Shown here: one piece after another, positions 29,424-39,004 of the stretch
Layout: every line of letters starts with the position of its first letter
Position numbering within the stretch: the first letter of the stretch is position 1
DNA from: Chloroflexota bacterium
GTDB lineage: Bacteria; Chloroflexota; Anaerolineae; Anaerolineales; Villigracilaceae
Reading direction: 5' to 3'
DNA: 64,000 bases
NCBI GenBank assembly: GCA_023459215.1
Contig: JAEWVF010000018.1
Span: forward strand, 70,243-134,242
Translations under genes and position numbers: made by a program
Notes under the pieces: generated by a model
What the model was told of the DNA's origin: nothing
The model's database searches: none
The model's input: only the letters and a program-made list of their open reading frames with translations

Positions 29424-29664
29424 GATTTCTCTCCTTGTACCGTTATTGAGTGAAAAACTACCTTGTTAGTATAAAACAAATTTGATGTTGAAACAATATT
29501 TGTGCGCCGGCGGGAGAGTTTTTGATGGAATGCTTGTGTAAATCTTCACAAATCGGGAATTTTATTTTATAATATTTACGATAAATATTATAAATATTAT
29601 CCTAATAGACTTCTTGTATAAGTGCTATCACAAGTCCTGCCTGCGCCAGTGCCGCCGGCACAGG

Positions 29665-29765
29665 TGAGCGGAGCGTCCTTCGACTGCGGGCTGCGCAAAA
29701 TACGCTTCGCCCTCCGCTCAGGACAGCAACACTTTATGCAAAAAAGCGCAGTCGAAGGACTTTTT
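29665..29765 (+). promoter_or_regulatory. Leader hairpin with 14-bp perfect inverted repeat plus U-tract (attenuator/terminator-like) upstream of ndh
   Basis: gtccttcgactgcg (29675-29688) pairs with cgcagtcgaaggac (29747-29760) followed by ttttt; alternative pairing gagcggag/ctccgctc. Confidence 0.35.
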
Positions 29766-29803
29766 CAAACCAATTATTACTTTTGCAAGATGTTTAATAA
29801 AGG

Positions 29804-31057
29804 ATGGAAACGATGCAAGACAAACTTCCCCATGTTGTGATTGTTGGCGCCGGTTTTGGCGGGCTGCACGCTGCCCATGCCCTGGCCGGGAAACCCGTCC
29901 GCGTGACGTTGATCGACAAACGCAATTACCACCTTTTCCAGCCGCTGCTTTACCAGGTGGCTACGGCGGGTATTTCACCGCACGAGATTGCCTACCCGGT
30001 GCGGGCCATTTTCCAGCGCCAGAAAAATTTCGAGTTCCTGATGGCGCGCGTCAGCGGCGTGGATTTTGAGCGCAAACTGGTGCTTAGCGAGCACGGCGAA
30101 ATTGCTTATGATTACCTGATCCTGGCTGCCGGGGCTTCGGTCAATTTCTTCGGCAACGCCTCGCTGGAGCAGAATGCCCTGCCGCTCAAGGATGTCGCCG
30201 ATGCGGTTACGGTGCGCAACCACATTTTGCGCATGTTCGAATTGGCCGCCCTGGAGCCGGATTTGCGCAAGCGCCAGGCGCTGTTGACTTTTGTGGTCGT
30301 CGGCGGCGGCCCGACCGGCGTTGAAACGGCCGGGGCGCTCTCCGAACTGATCCGCCTGGTGCTGAAGAAGGATTACCGCCAGATCAACGTCGAGAACATC
30401 CGCGTGATCCTGATGGAGGCTGCGCCGCGCATCCTGAACGGTTTCCCGCAGCCCTTGCAGGATGTGGCCCGCAAATCGCTGGAGAGCAAGAAGGTCGAGG
30501 TGCGGGTCGAGACCAAGGTCAGCAATTATGATGGTCAAAAGTTGACCCTTGAACACGGTGAAGTCATCCCAACCCAAACGGTGCTCTGGTCGGCGGGCGT
30601 CCGCGCTGCCAGCCTGATGGGCAAACTGGGGCTGGAACAGGTCAGCGCCGGGCGCATCAAGGTGCTGCCAACCCTGCAATTACCGGCGTGCGCGGATGTT
30701 TACATCATCGGGGATGCGGCTTTCTTCGAAGAGGACGGCCAGCCCCTGCCGATGGTGGCCCAGGTGGCGATGCAGCAGGGCAAACGCGCGGTTGCCAACA
30801 TCCTGGCTTCGGCCCAGGGCAAACCGTTGCAAACTTTCAAATATAACGATTTGGGCATCATGGCCACGATTGGCCGCAACGCCGCTGTGGCCGCCACCTT
30901 TGGCCTGCAATTCCGCGGATTTGTGGCCTGGGTGGTCTGGCTGGTCATTCACCTGATTGGGCTGATTGGTTTCCGCAACCGCCTGATTGTGCTGATTAAC
31001 TGGACCTGGGATTACCTGTTCTACGACCGGGCGGTCCGCCTGATCAGCCGGGAATAA
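29804..31057 (+). CDS. ndh: Type II NADH dehydrogenase (NDH-2)
   Basis: VVIVGAGFGG and second GGGPTGVE dinucleotide motifs, C-terminal membrane-anchoring helices. Confidence 0.9.
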   Translation: METMQDKLPHVVIVGAGFGGLHAAHALAGKPVRVTLIDKRNYHLFQPLLYQVATAGISPHEIAYPVRAIFQRQKNFEFLMARVSGVDFERKLVLSEHGEIAYDYLILAAGASVNFFGNASLEQNALPLKDVADAVTVRNHILRMFELAALEPDLRKRQALLTFVVVGGGPTGVETAGALSELIRLVLKKDYRQINVENIRVILMEAAPRILNGFPQPLQDVARKSLESKKVEVRVETKVSNYDGQKLTLEHGEVIPTQTVLWSAGVRAASLMGKLGLEQVSAGRIKVLPTLQLPACADVYIIGDAAFFEEDGQPLPMVAQVAMQQGKRAVANILASAQGKPLQTFKYNDLGIMATIGRNAAVAATFGLQFRGFVAWVVWLVIHLIGLIGFRNRLIVLINWTWDYLFYDRAVRLISRE

Positions 31058-31076
31058 CGGCTTGACGATGGATGGC

Positions 31077-31117
31077 AATCGCCCCGACTGGGTTTCTCCA
31101 GCCGGGGCGATTTTTTT
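31077..31117 (+). terminator. Rho-independent terminator after ndh
   Basis: aatcgccccg...cggggcgatt + ttttttt. Confidence 0.7.
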
Positions 31118-31137
31118 GTCAGGCGTTACTCGCCAGG

Positions 31138-33144
31138 TTACTTCTTTTTCTCTTTCTCTTCGCCGCTGCTTGCCGATTTCTTCATGCTTTCGTAAATCTG
31201 TTGGCGCATGGCCTCGGCTTCTGCCGAGCGCGGAGCCTGGTTTTCGCCTGCCAGGGCTTCATAGCGTTCAGAAAGCAGCATGGTCAGCAGGGCTTCCATA
31301 ATGCTGCCCGAGGTGCTCGAGCCGCCCTCGGCGTTGCCGCCGCCGGTGACCATGATGCGCGGAACCACATCCACCTTCGATTGCTGGATGGCCTCGGCGA
31401 AACGATTGAGCACTTGCTGGGTGACCTGGAACTGCGGGCCGCCGTAGGCGCGTACTTGTTCTTCGGTCGCCAGGGCCTGGGCAATACCGATGCGGGCGGT
31501 TTTTTCGGCCTCGGCTTCGGCCAGGGCGCGGATTTGCGAAGCCTGCTGGATGGAACGCTGGTACTCGGCTTTACCCTGGTTGGTTTGGATGTTGATGTTC
31601 AACTCGGCTTCGGTCATCTTGGTTTGCATTGCGGCGCGGGACTCGGCCTCGCGCAGTTCGCGTTCCTTGACCGCTGCGGCTTGCTGGCGGTTGTAGGTTT
31701 CCACCTGCTCGGTGGCGATTTGGCGCGAGCGCAACTGGGTCAGGATCATCTCGATCTGGTGGTCTTCCGCCGAGGAGGTGGGCGTGCCAATCAGCACTTC
31801 CTCCAACTCCAGGTTGTAGTGTTGGAACTTTTCCTTCATCTCCATGCTGGCCTGCTGCTGGATTTGGCTGCGCTCCTGCAAGAGCTGAATCAGGGTGCGG
31901 GTCTGACCGATGTTCTTGAAGTAGGCCGCCACCATCGGGTCGAGGGTCTGTTCGACCAGTTTCTTAATGTCGCCGAAGCGCTGGATGACGAGCGGGGCCT
32001 TTTTGTAGTCGATATGTACCACCACTGAGAGCGGCAGCGACGGTTCGAAGGCATCCTTGGTGATGAGCGAGACCTCGCTCAGGTTTTCATCGAAATTGTG
32101 TGAGCCGACTTCGCTGTGGATCCATTTCAGGATAAAGTTGGTGGTTGGAACATTCACAACTTTGCCCGCATAGGTGTTGAAGGCGTACTTGCCAGGCATG
32201 AGCGCCTCACTCCAAACACCACGGCTGCCCTTCAGAACCAACTCTCCATGCCGGTACTCTTCGCCTGAAAGGTCTGCGCCGGTGGTGCCGGTATAGGAGA
32301 CCACCACGCCTACGTTACCCACTTCAATGATCGTTTTCTTGATCATTTCCACAGTGGCGAACAAACGGTTTACGTAGTATGTGCCTTCCACCAGCACTTG
32401 CAGTTGGCGTCCGCGCATACCGCCGGCCATCAGGAAGTGGTCGGCATCCTGGAATTTGTTATGGTAAGTTTCTTCCTGGGTGGGATCGTCACCAACGACA
32501 GGGGCGATAATCTCTCCCTGTCCAAGCGAAAGACCATCGTGAACGGTGACAATGCCGATCATATCATCGGTATCCTTGATAATCACCGGGCGGAAGCCAC
32601 CGCGTTCTTTGATGACCTCGGCCATGCGGATGACCACATCGTTTTCCTCACGACTGAGCGGCAGGGAATAGACGCGCTCCTCGGTGATGACTACGAATTG
32701 CACCAGGTTAATGGCATAGGTACCTTCACGCAGGATGCGGCGCTGCGGGCCGCGCTGTCCGCCGTTTTTTAGGAAATTTTCCACATCCTGGAAATCGTCG
32801 GCGGTCAGGTTCGAAGCCAGCACCTGGGCCGGGTCGAGCGGTTTGCCGTCGCGGGCAAAAATATAGCCGATCTTGCCCTGGGTAATGGTCACGAGCGGGG
32901 CGATGTGAACCACATACTGGATCGGCATCAGGTAATGCAGGCCACCGCGCAGGATTTGCGGCTGGTAACCCGCCTCGCCATTCAAGGCGATCAGGCCTGA
33001 TTTCAGTGAGCTTGCTCCGAACCGTTTTTCGATCAAACCGATCCGGTTATTGGGGATAAACCGAATGCCTGACAGCAAAACCAGGAAGCCAATGACCAGC
33101 AAGGCAACCAGGATAAACCCCAACAAGCTAATAAAAAAAGTCAT
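31138..33144 (-). CDS. Flotillin-like SPFH/band-7 protein
   Basis: N-terminal TM helix, SPFH domain, long EA-rich coiled-coil (flotillin repeats); start trimmed to Met with GGAG RBS. Confidence 0.75.
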   Translation of the reverse strand: MTFFISLLGFILVALLVIGFLVLLSGIRFIPNNRIGLIEKRFGASSLKSGLIALNGEAGYQPQILRGGLHYLMPIQYVVHIAPLVTITQGKIGYIFARDGKPLDPAQVLASNLTADDFQDVENFLKNGGQRGPQRRILREGTYAINLVQFVVITEERVYSLPLSREENDVVIRMAEVIKERGGFRPVIIKDTDDMIGIVTVHDGLSLGQGEIIAPVVGDDPTQEETYHNKFQDADHFLMAGGMRGRQLQVLVEGTYYVNRLFATVEMIKKTIIEVGNVGVVVSYTGTTGADLSGEEYRHGELVLKGSRGVWSEALMPGKYAFNTYAGKVVNVPTTNFILKWIHSEVGSHNFDENLSEVSLITKDAFEPSLPLSVVVHIDYKKAPLVIQRFGDIKKLVEQTLDPMVAAYFKNIGQTRTLIQLLQERSQIQQQASMEMKEKFQHYNLELEEVLIGTPTSSAEDHQIEMILTQLRSRQIATEQVETYNRQQAAAVKERELREAESRAAMQTKMTEAELNINIQTNQGKAEYQRSIQQASQIRALAEAEAEKTARIGIAQALATEEQVRAYGGPQFQVTQQVLNRFAEAIQQSKVDVVPRIMVTGGGNAEGGSSTSGSIMEALLTMLLSERYEALAGENQAPRSAEAEAMRQQIYESMKKSASSGEEKEKKK

Positions 33145-33384
33145 TCTTGCTCCATTTTCTGGCGTATCGACGCCCAATCTACAGCCGTTTCATCGCAAAT
33201 TGTGTTTTCTGAAAGACAAACACGATTTACGAACACGAATATTCTATACCCGTTTCAGCCAAAATAGTGTCTTTTTCAGGTATTTGAAGGCGCAATCTTG
33301 GTAACGGGCCATTCTATATACGCGATTGGGGTCGAAAGTTTGTAAAAAATAAGGGAAGGCTTGTGGCCTTCCCTTCTGGTTTTG

Positions 33385-35283
33385 TTATTCCGCCAGGACG
33401 ATGATTTTGTCTTCCTCGTGGAATGTGATTACCGTCGATTTTTTCGGGTTGGTGTAAACCCCGTAGGATTTTTGGGCGTCGGCGTGTTCGGCGTCGATGC
33501 GGTAGCCGAAGGCTGTTTCTCCCCGGCGGCGGGCCGCTTCAACCACGGTGTAGAAATTGACCGGTTCACCCACCGCAACGTACTGGCTGATGGGTTTCAG
33601 GTAGACTTCCGAGCCTTCCGGGTCGAACAAATCGGTGAAAACACCCATCAAATTGCTGTTTTCGGAAAGCTGGGCCGTCATCAGTGAAATCAGGTGGTCG
33701 CTGACGATAAAGTCGTCGACCTGGGTCACCTCGGCCAGTTCGCGGTTGCGCAGGTCGAGCATTTCGCTGACGATGGAGAAGGGCGTCTCGTCGCGCGAAG
33801 CAATATCGCGCAGGTGCAGCAGCGTGACCAGGGTGCGGGCATCGGAATCCTGCACCGGCAGGGTGGTATCGGCCAGGACGATGACGTGGTCGTAATCCTC
33901 GATGCCCAAAGAGTCGAGCAATTCACGGTCGGTTGTGTCGCCGGCCTTGAAGGTTACTTTCTGGCGCTCCAGTTTGGCGCAGCTCTTGACTTCTTCTTCC
34001 ATGGCCTCGTCCGCCACCACGGTCACGAGCGAACCTTTGGCCACGTAGGCATCCAATTCTTTCAGGATGGTGCCCGCGCGCAAGTTCCAGCCGAGCAGCA
34101 GGGCTTTTTCAGGCTGGGGCGCAGGCGGATGTCCGTTGGTGCGCAGGGCCGCGGCCTGGATCGGGAAGGTGTTCAGCCCGGAGAGCTTGATGGTGTCATC
34201 GTCAGCCGAAACGGCGATGATTTTGTCGCCGGGTTCGATGCGCGCATCCATCGCCGGATTGAGCTGCACCGTTCCATCGGCGCGTTGCAGGCCCAGGACG
34301 GCGGAATCTTCAAAAGCCAGCAGCGACTCGCCGAAGGTCCGCCCGGAAAGTCCCGGTTCCTGTTTGAAGTAGATTTCGTCACCGCCGAAATTCATCAGTT
34401 CGGTATAAACCACCGAAAGACCCGAAAGGCGCGAGGTTTGGGCCGTCACGCGCGCGATCAGGTCGCCCATCATCACCGCGTGGACATCGTCCCTCGCGCC
34501 GATCATCTTGACGACCGACTGGTTCTTTTCCTCGCGCAGTTGGGTGACGATGTGATACGGCTCACTGCGGCGGTTGGGATTGTTGGTGATCGCCAGCACG
34601 GTTTTGATTACGAACGTATCCGGGTCTTCGCTGTCGGGCGGGATGACGATGATCGAACGGGCGGTATGCGGGCTGGCCAGCTCCAGGTCGGTCGGGTCCA
34701 TCGGATTGCCCGAGCGGCAGATAACGCGGGTTGTTTTCAGGTTGCTGATGCGCGCGCGGATTTCATCTTCCATCTCGACCTTGTCGTTCTCGGCCAGGAT
34801 GGCGATGGCGGCCCGTTTCTGGTTGCTGTTGGCTTCGACCAGTTCCGAGATGATGGTGAAGACCTGCGGCGACCAGCCCAGGATGACGGTATGGTTGTTT
34901 TCGAGCACAATCGAACGGCCTTTGCGCAGTTCTTCGAGCTTGCTTTCAACCCCGGCGCTGAGTACACCGATCAGGCTGGAGACGACGAAGATGCCGCCCA
35001 GCGTGACCAGCAGCATGACCAGGCGGAAGCCGAAACCGGCGTCGCCGCCCATGGTGCCGGCATCCAGGGTGCGCATCAGGCTCAGCCAGGCGGCCTCGCC
35101 GAAGGACAGCGCGCCCTCTTCGCCGGGTTGGTTGATGCCGAGCAGGCTGATGATGGCCGCTGCGACGAAGACCACCACCAGCGAGAGCAGGGCCAACATG
35201 CCGATCATGGCCGGGGTGCCGGCGGCCATGAGATTGTCGAACAGGTAGCTTAATTTCTGTTTGAAACTTGGTTTTTGAGACAT
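33385..35283 (-). CDS. CASTOR/POLLUX-like ion channel with tandem RCK (TrkA-N) domains
   Basis: TM pore region with LDAGTMGGD filter-like motif followed by two Rossmann-like RCK domains; GAGGAG RBS at chosen start. Confidence 0.6.
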   Translation of the reverse strand: MSQKPSFKQKLSYLFDNLMAAGTPAMIGMLALLSLVVVFVAAAIISLLGINQPGEEGALSFGEAAWLSLMRTLDAGTMGGDAGFGFRLVMLLVTLGGIFVVSSLIGVLSAGVESKLEELRKGRSIVLENNHTVILGWSPQVFTIISELVEANSNQKRAAIAILAENDKVEMEDEIRARISNLKTTRVICRSGNPMDPTDLELASPHTARSIIVIPPDSEDPDTFVIKTVLAITNNPNRRSEPYHIVTQLREEKNQSVVKMIGARDDVHAVMMGDLIARVTAQTSRLSGLSVVYTELMNFGGDEIYFKQEPGLSGRTFGESLLAFEDSAVLGLQRADGTVQLNPAMDARIEPGDKIIAVSADDDTIKLSGLNTFPIQAAALRTNGHPPAPQPEKALLLGWNLRAGTILKELDAYVAKGSLVTVVADEAMEEEVKSCAKLERQKVTFKAGDTTDRELLDSLGIEDYDHVIVLADTTLPVQDSDARTLVTLLHLRDIASRDETPFSIVSEMLDLRNRELAEVTQVDDFIVSDHLISLMTAQLSENSNLMGVFTDLFDPEGSEVYLKPISQYVAVGEPVNFYTVVEAARRRGETAFGYRIDAEHADAQKSYGVYTNPKKSTVITFHEEDKIIVLAE

Positions 35284-35480
35284 ACATGCTCCTCGATGAA
35301 AACAAAAATGTGATTGGGGCAAAATTGGATAGATTCTACCTGTAAAAGCCTCTCTTGAGGGCTTTTTCATCGAGTTGCAATGCGTTTTAATCTTTTTGTC
35401 CGTTCCCTTCCGTGAATCCGTTACAAAGTCCGTTTTCCGCCCTACCTACCGTTCGGTAGGTTTTTTGATATAATACCGGC

Positions 35481-36692
35481 ATGGACTTCTCCCTCTCCCC
35501 CGAACACAAAATGGCGCAAAAAATGGTGCGCGATTTCGCCCAAAAGGAAATCGCCCCGGTCATCAAGGAATACGACCGCAAGCAGGAGCCGATTCCCTTC
35601 ATGCTCAAACGCATGGGCGAACTCGGCATCCTCGGCATCTGCTTCCCGGCCCGCTACGGCGGCCAGGGCATGGACTATCTCAGCCTGGGCCTGGCCTGCG
35701 AGGAACTCGAAGCGGTCGATAGCGTCCTGCGCGTGGCCATGTCCGTCCATACCGGGTTGTGCGCGATGACTCTCTTCCAGTGGGGCACCGAGGAGCAGAA
35801 ACGGCGTTTGCTCACGCCCCTCGCCAGCGGAGCCAAAATCGGCTGCGGCGCGTTCACCGAATCCGGCATGGGGTCGGACGTGGCCGCCATGCAGACCTCC
35901 GCCCGCTGGGATGGCGATGCCTACATCCTGAACGGTGAAAAGATGTGGATTTCGCTGGCCGGGCTGGCTGATTACGCCCTGGTGACGGCCCGCACCGACC
36001 CGGCGGCGGCCAAGCCCTCGCAGGGGCTATCCACCTTTTTGGTCGATTTGCACAGCCCCGGCGTGACGCGCGGCAACCTGCACGGCAAACTCGGCGTGCG
36101 GGCCGGCTCGACCGGCTGGATCGCCTTCCAGGATGTGCGCGTGCCGCTCGAAAACCGCATCGGCGAGCAGGGCGAGGGCTTCAAAATCACCATGTCGGCT
36201 TTCGACCATGGACGCTATACCGTAGCGGCGGGCGCGGTGGGCATTATCCGCGCCTCGTTGGCGGCCAGCAGCGCCTATGCCCGCGAGCGGGTGGCTTTTG
36301 GCAAACCGATTGGCGATTACCAACTCATCCAGCAGAAAATCGCCCAAATGGCGCAGGATTACGAAATTGCGCGCCTTTTGTACTGGCAGGTCGGCTGGAT
36401 GAAGAACCTCGGCCAGCGCCCGACCCTGCAAACCTCGTATGCCAAGAAATTCGCCACCGAAGCCGCCTTTGAGGCCGCGGACCAGGCCATCCAGGTGCAC
36501 GGCGCATATGGTTTCAGCGATGAGTATGACCTCGAGCGTCACCTGCGCAACAGCCGCGGCGCGATTATCTACGAAGGCAGTTCCGAAATCCAGACCCTCA
36601 TCCAGGCCGGTTACGCCCTCGGCGAACGCGAAGATAAGCCCCTGCGCTGTGAACTTCCGGCTTACGATGAAGCACTCTGGCAGGAAAGTTGA
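35481..36692 (+). CDS. Acyl-CoA dehydrogenase
   Basis: ACAD N/M/C domains, catalytic Glu near C-terminus (YEGSSEIQ). Confidence 0.9.
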   Translation: MDFSLSPEHKMAQKMVRDFAQKEIAPVIKEYDRKQEPIPFMLKRMGELGILGICFPARYGGQGMDYLSLGLACEELEAVDSVLRVAMSVHTGLCAMTLFQWGTEEQKRRLLTPLASGAKIGCGAFTESGMGSDVAAMQTSARWDGDAYILNGEKMWISLAGLADYALVTARTDPAAAKPSQGLSTFLVDLHSPGVTRGNLHGKLGVRAGSTGWIAFQDVRVPLENRIGEQGEGFKITMSAFDHGRYTVAAGAVGIIRASLAASSAYARERVAFGKPIGDYQLIQQKIAQMAQDYEIARLLYWQVGWMKNLGQRPTLQTSYAKKFATEAAFEAADQAIQVHGAYGFSDEYDLERHLRNSRGAIIYEGSSEIQTLIQAGYALGEREDKPLRCELPAYDEALWQES

Positions 36693-36698
36693 TAAACG

Positions 36699-36842
36699 AG
36701 GGTCGAGTAGCAGCGTTCTTTGCTGCGTATCGAGACCCGGTCTCGACCCCTGCACTGCACCAAACGCAGTGCGGTGCAAGTGTACGGCGGCGGAGGTTGA
36801 GTAGTCTTGCAAAGACGTATCGAAACCCGCCGCCTACTCGAC
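36699..36842. repeat. Two related tandem hairpin units (gagtag...ctactcgacc) between acd and etfB
   Basis: Unit A 36699-36748 and unit B 36793-36842 share gagtag-palindrome-gtatcga(g/a)acc-...ctcgacc; motif cgtatcgagacc recurs inverted at 38755. Confidence 0.4.
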
Positions 36843-36861
36843 CATCACCAAAGGAGGAACC

Positions 36862-37632
36862 GTGAAAATTGTCGTCTGTGTCAAACAAACCCCCGATTCC
36901 GAGGCCAAACTGACGGCCCAAAACGGGCAGCCATCCTGGGGCGACGCGCCCCTGGTCATCAACCCTTTTGACGAGTACGCAGTCGAGGGCGCGCTCCAGC
37001 AAAAGGAAGCCGTCGATGCCAGCGTTGTGGCCCTGTGCATCGGCCCGGATTCGGCTCGCGATGCGCTCAAACACGCCCTGGCAATGGGCGCGGACGAGGC
37101 CATCCTGGTCAGCGACCCGGCTCTCGACGACCTCGACTCTGCCGGAGCCGCCCGCGTCCTGGCCGCCGCCATCCAGAAAATCGGCGACGCCGACCTGGTC
37201 TTCTTTGGCCGCCAAACCATCGATAACGGCACCGGCCTCGTCCCGGCCCAGGTGGCGCGCGTCCTTGGCTGGCCGCTGCTCAGCCTGGTCGGGCAAATGA
37301 CCATCGAGGGCGGCGAAATCAAAGTCGAGCGCACCATCGAAGAAGGCAAACAGACCGCCCGTGCAAAATTCCCCGCCGTCCTGAGCATCATGCAGGGCGT
37401 CGGCGAACCGCGCTACCCGTCCTTCATGGGCATCCGCAAAGCCGGCAAGGCCACCATCCCGGTCTGGACGCTTGCCGACCTGGGCATCGACGCCCCGGCC
37501 CAGGCCGTCCGCCGCGCGGAACTGCTCAACCCGCCCGTGCGCGACACAAAATGCGAAATCATCAGCGGCGGCAGCCCGGCAGAAATCGCCGAGGCCCTGG
37601 CCGACAAAATCCTGGCGGAGAAAGTCCTATGA
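36862..37632 (+). CDS. etfB: Electron transfer flavoprotein beta subunit
   Basis: MKIVVCVKQ N-terminus, EtfB fold. Confidence 0.9.
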   Translation: MKIVVCVKQTPDSEAKLTAQNGQPSWGDAPLVINPFDEYAVEGALQQKEAVDASVVALCIGPDSARDALKHALAMGADEAILVSDPALDDLDSAGAARVLAAAIQKIGDADLVFFGRQTIDNGTGLVPAQVARVLGWPLLSLVGQMTIEGGEIKVERTIEEGKQTARAKFPAVLSIMQGVGEPRYPSFMGIRKAGKATIPVWTLADLGIDAPAQAVRRAELLNPPVRDTKCEIISGGSPAEIAEALADKILAEKVL

Positions 37633-38588
37633 ACACCTGGGTATATATCGACCACTTCAACGGCCAGCCCGCCCCGGCCTCCTGGGAGGCCCTCGGCCTG
37701 GCAAAAACCTTTGGCTCCGCAACTGCCCTCGTTTTTGGGCAAAATGTCGAAGCGTTGGCAAAAACCGCTCTGGAATATGGCGCGGATACCGTGTTATTGG
37801 CCGACGACCCGGCCCTGGCCGTTTTCAGCCCGGAGGCCTTTACCTCCACCCTGGCCGCGCTCGTATCAGACTCACCCCCGGCCTTGATTCTGTTTCCGAC
37901 GACCTCCCGCACCCGTGAAATCGCCGCCATGCTGGCAATTGACCTCGCTACTGGCGTGCTGGTCGATGTCACCGGCCTCGAACTCACCGATGGTCAGGTG
38001 GTCGCCACCCGCCCCGTTTACGAAGGCAAACTGCTCGAAAAGACGACCTGCTCGGCCCGCCCGCAACTCGTCACCCTGCGCGCGCGCGCCTTCCCCAAAC
38101 CGACTCCCGAAGCCGGGCGCGGCGGCGAAATCAAGAAAGTCGCTGCCGTGACTGGCGGTTCTGTCGTGGTCGAGGGCTTCGTCTCCGGGCAGTCGGGCGT
38201 CAGCCTGACCGATGCCGGGGTGGTCGTCTCCGGCGGACGCGGCGTCAGCAAAGACCCGGCGGAGGGCTTCAAGCTGGTCGGGGAGTTGGCTGCCGTTCTG
38301 GGCGGCGCGGTCGGCGCCTCGCGCGCGGCCGTGGACGAGGGTTACATCCCCTACGCCAACCAGGTCGGGCAGACCGGTAAAGTGGTCTCGCCCGATTTAT
38401 ACATCGCCGCCGGTATTTCCGGGGCCATCCAACATATGTCCGGGATGCGCTCCAGTAAAGTCATCGTCGCCATAAACAAAGACCCCGATGCGCCCATCTT
38501 CCAGGCCGCGCGCTACGGCGTGGTCGGCGACCTGTTCACGATGGTCCCGGCCCTGACCGAGGCGTTCAAGAAGAAATTGGGCAAGTAA
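37629..38588 (+). CDS. etfA: Electron transfer flavoprotein alpha subunit
   Basis: ATGA overlap with etfB; FAD-binding C-terminal motif [15 protein letters not shown]. Confidence 0.9.
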   Translation: MNTWVYIDHFNGQPAPASWEALGLAKTFGSATALVFGQNVEALAKTALEYGADTVLLADDPALAVFSPEAFTSTLAALVSDSPPALILFPTTSRTREIAAMLAIDLATGVLVDVTGLELTDGQVVATRPVYEGKLLEKTTCSARPQLVTLRARAFPKPTPEAGRGGEIKKVAAVTGGSVVVEGFVSGQSGVSLTDAGVVVSGGRGVSKDPAEGFKLVGELAAVLGGAVGASRAAVDEGYIPYANQVGQTGKVVSPDLYIAAGISGAIQHMSGMRSSKVIVAINKDPDAPIFQAARYGVVGDLFTMVPALTEAFKKKLGK

Positions 38589-38868
38589 CTGGATTGGTCA
38601 ACAAGGAATGAGCAACAGAAGAGGGCGCATCTCTCATAATGCGCCCTCCATCTGTCATCCCTGGCACTGCCCGCCAGGGCAAGTGTTCGAGGCGCTTCGC
38701 AGCGAGAAATCTTGCCCATCCAGGCGCGGATTTCTCCTCGCTGGGTCTCGACAGGTCTCGATACGGCTTCGCCAGTCGACCAACTGCTCGACCACCAGCA
38801 CTCGTCGAAATGACAAAATGAGCGCTGCTGGAAATGCGATTTGAGATCCCGTAACCATCATTGATAAC

Positions 38869-38900
38869 AAAAAGCGCCCTGATGAAAAGGGCGCTTTTTG
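38869..38900. terminator. Bidirectional rho-independent terminator
   Basis: aaaaagcgccct-gatgaaa-agggcgcttttt. Confidence 0.75.
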
Positions 38901-39004
38901 TTCAATTATCCGATGCGCTTAATCAAGATGGCTGGCCATCATTTTTCCCGAAAGGATGCTGCGTATCCTGAGTACCCGATGTTGGGTGTGTGACGGTAAA
39001 TGTG

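Noticed and set aside
31072-32028. 318-aa plus-strand ORF opposite the flotillin gene; 33694..35253 opposite the channel gene; 36027..36812 opposite the acyl-CoA dehydrogenase gene; 41105..41722 opposite the HAD gene; 41914..42735 and 43335..44258 opposite thrC and the AI-2E gene; 49904..50566, 50717..51331, 52069..52884 and 57301..57921 opposite phr, the cyclase and carH
   Set aside because: All are high-GC antisense artefacts overlapping genes with clear family signatures.
35344-35367. aaaagcc...ggcttttt hairpin as a terminator
   Set aside because: Sits in a divergent promoter region upstream of both neighbouring genes, so it cannot terminate either; weak stem.
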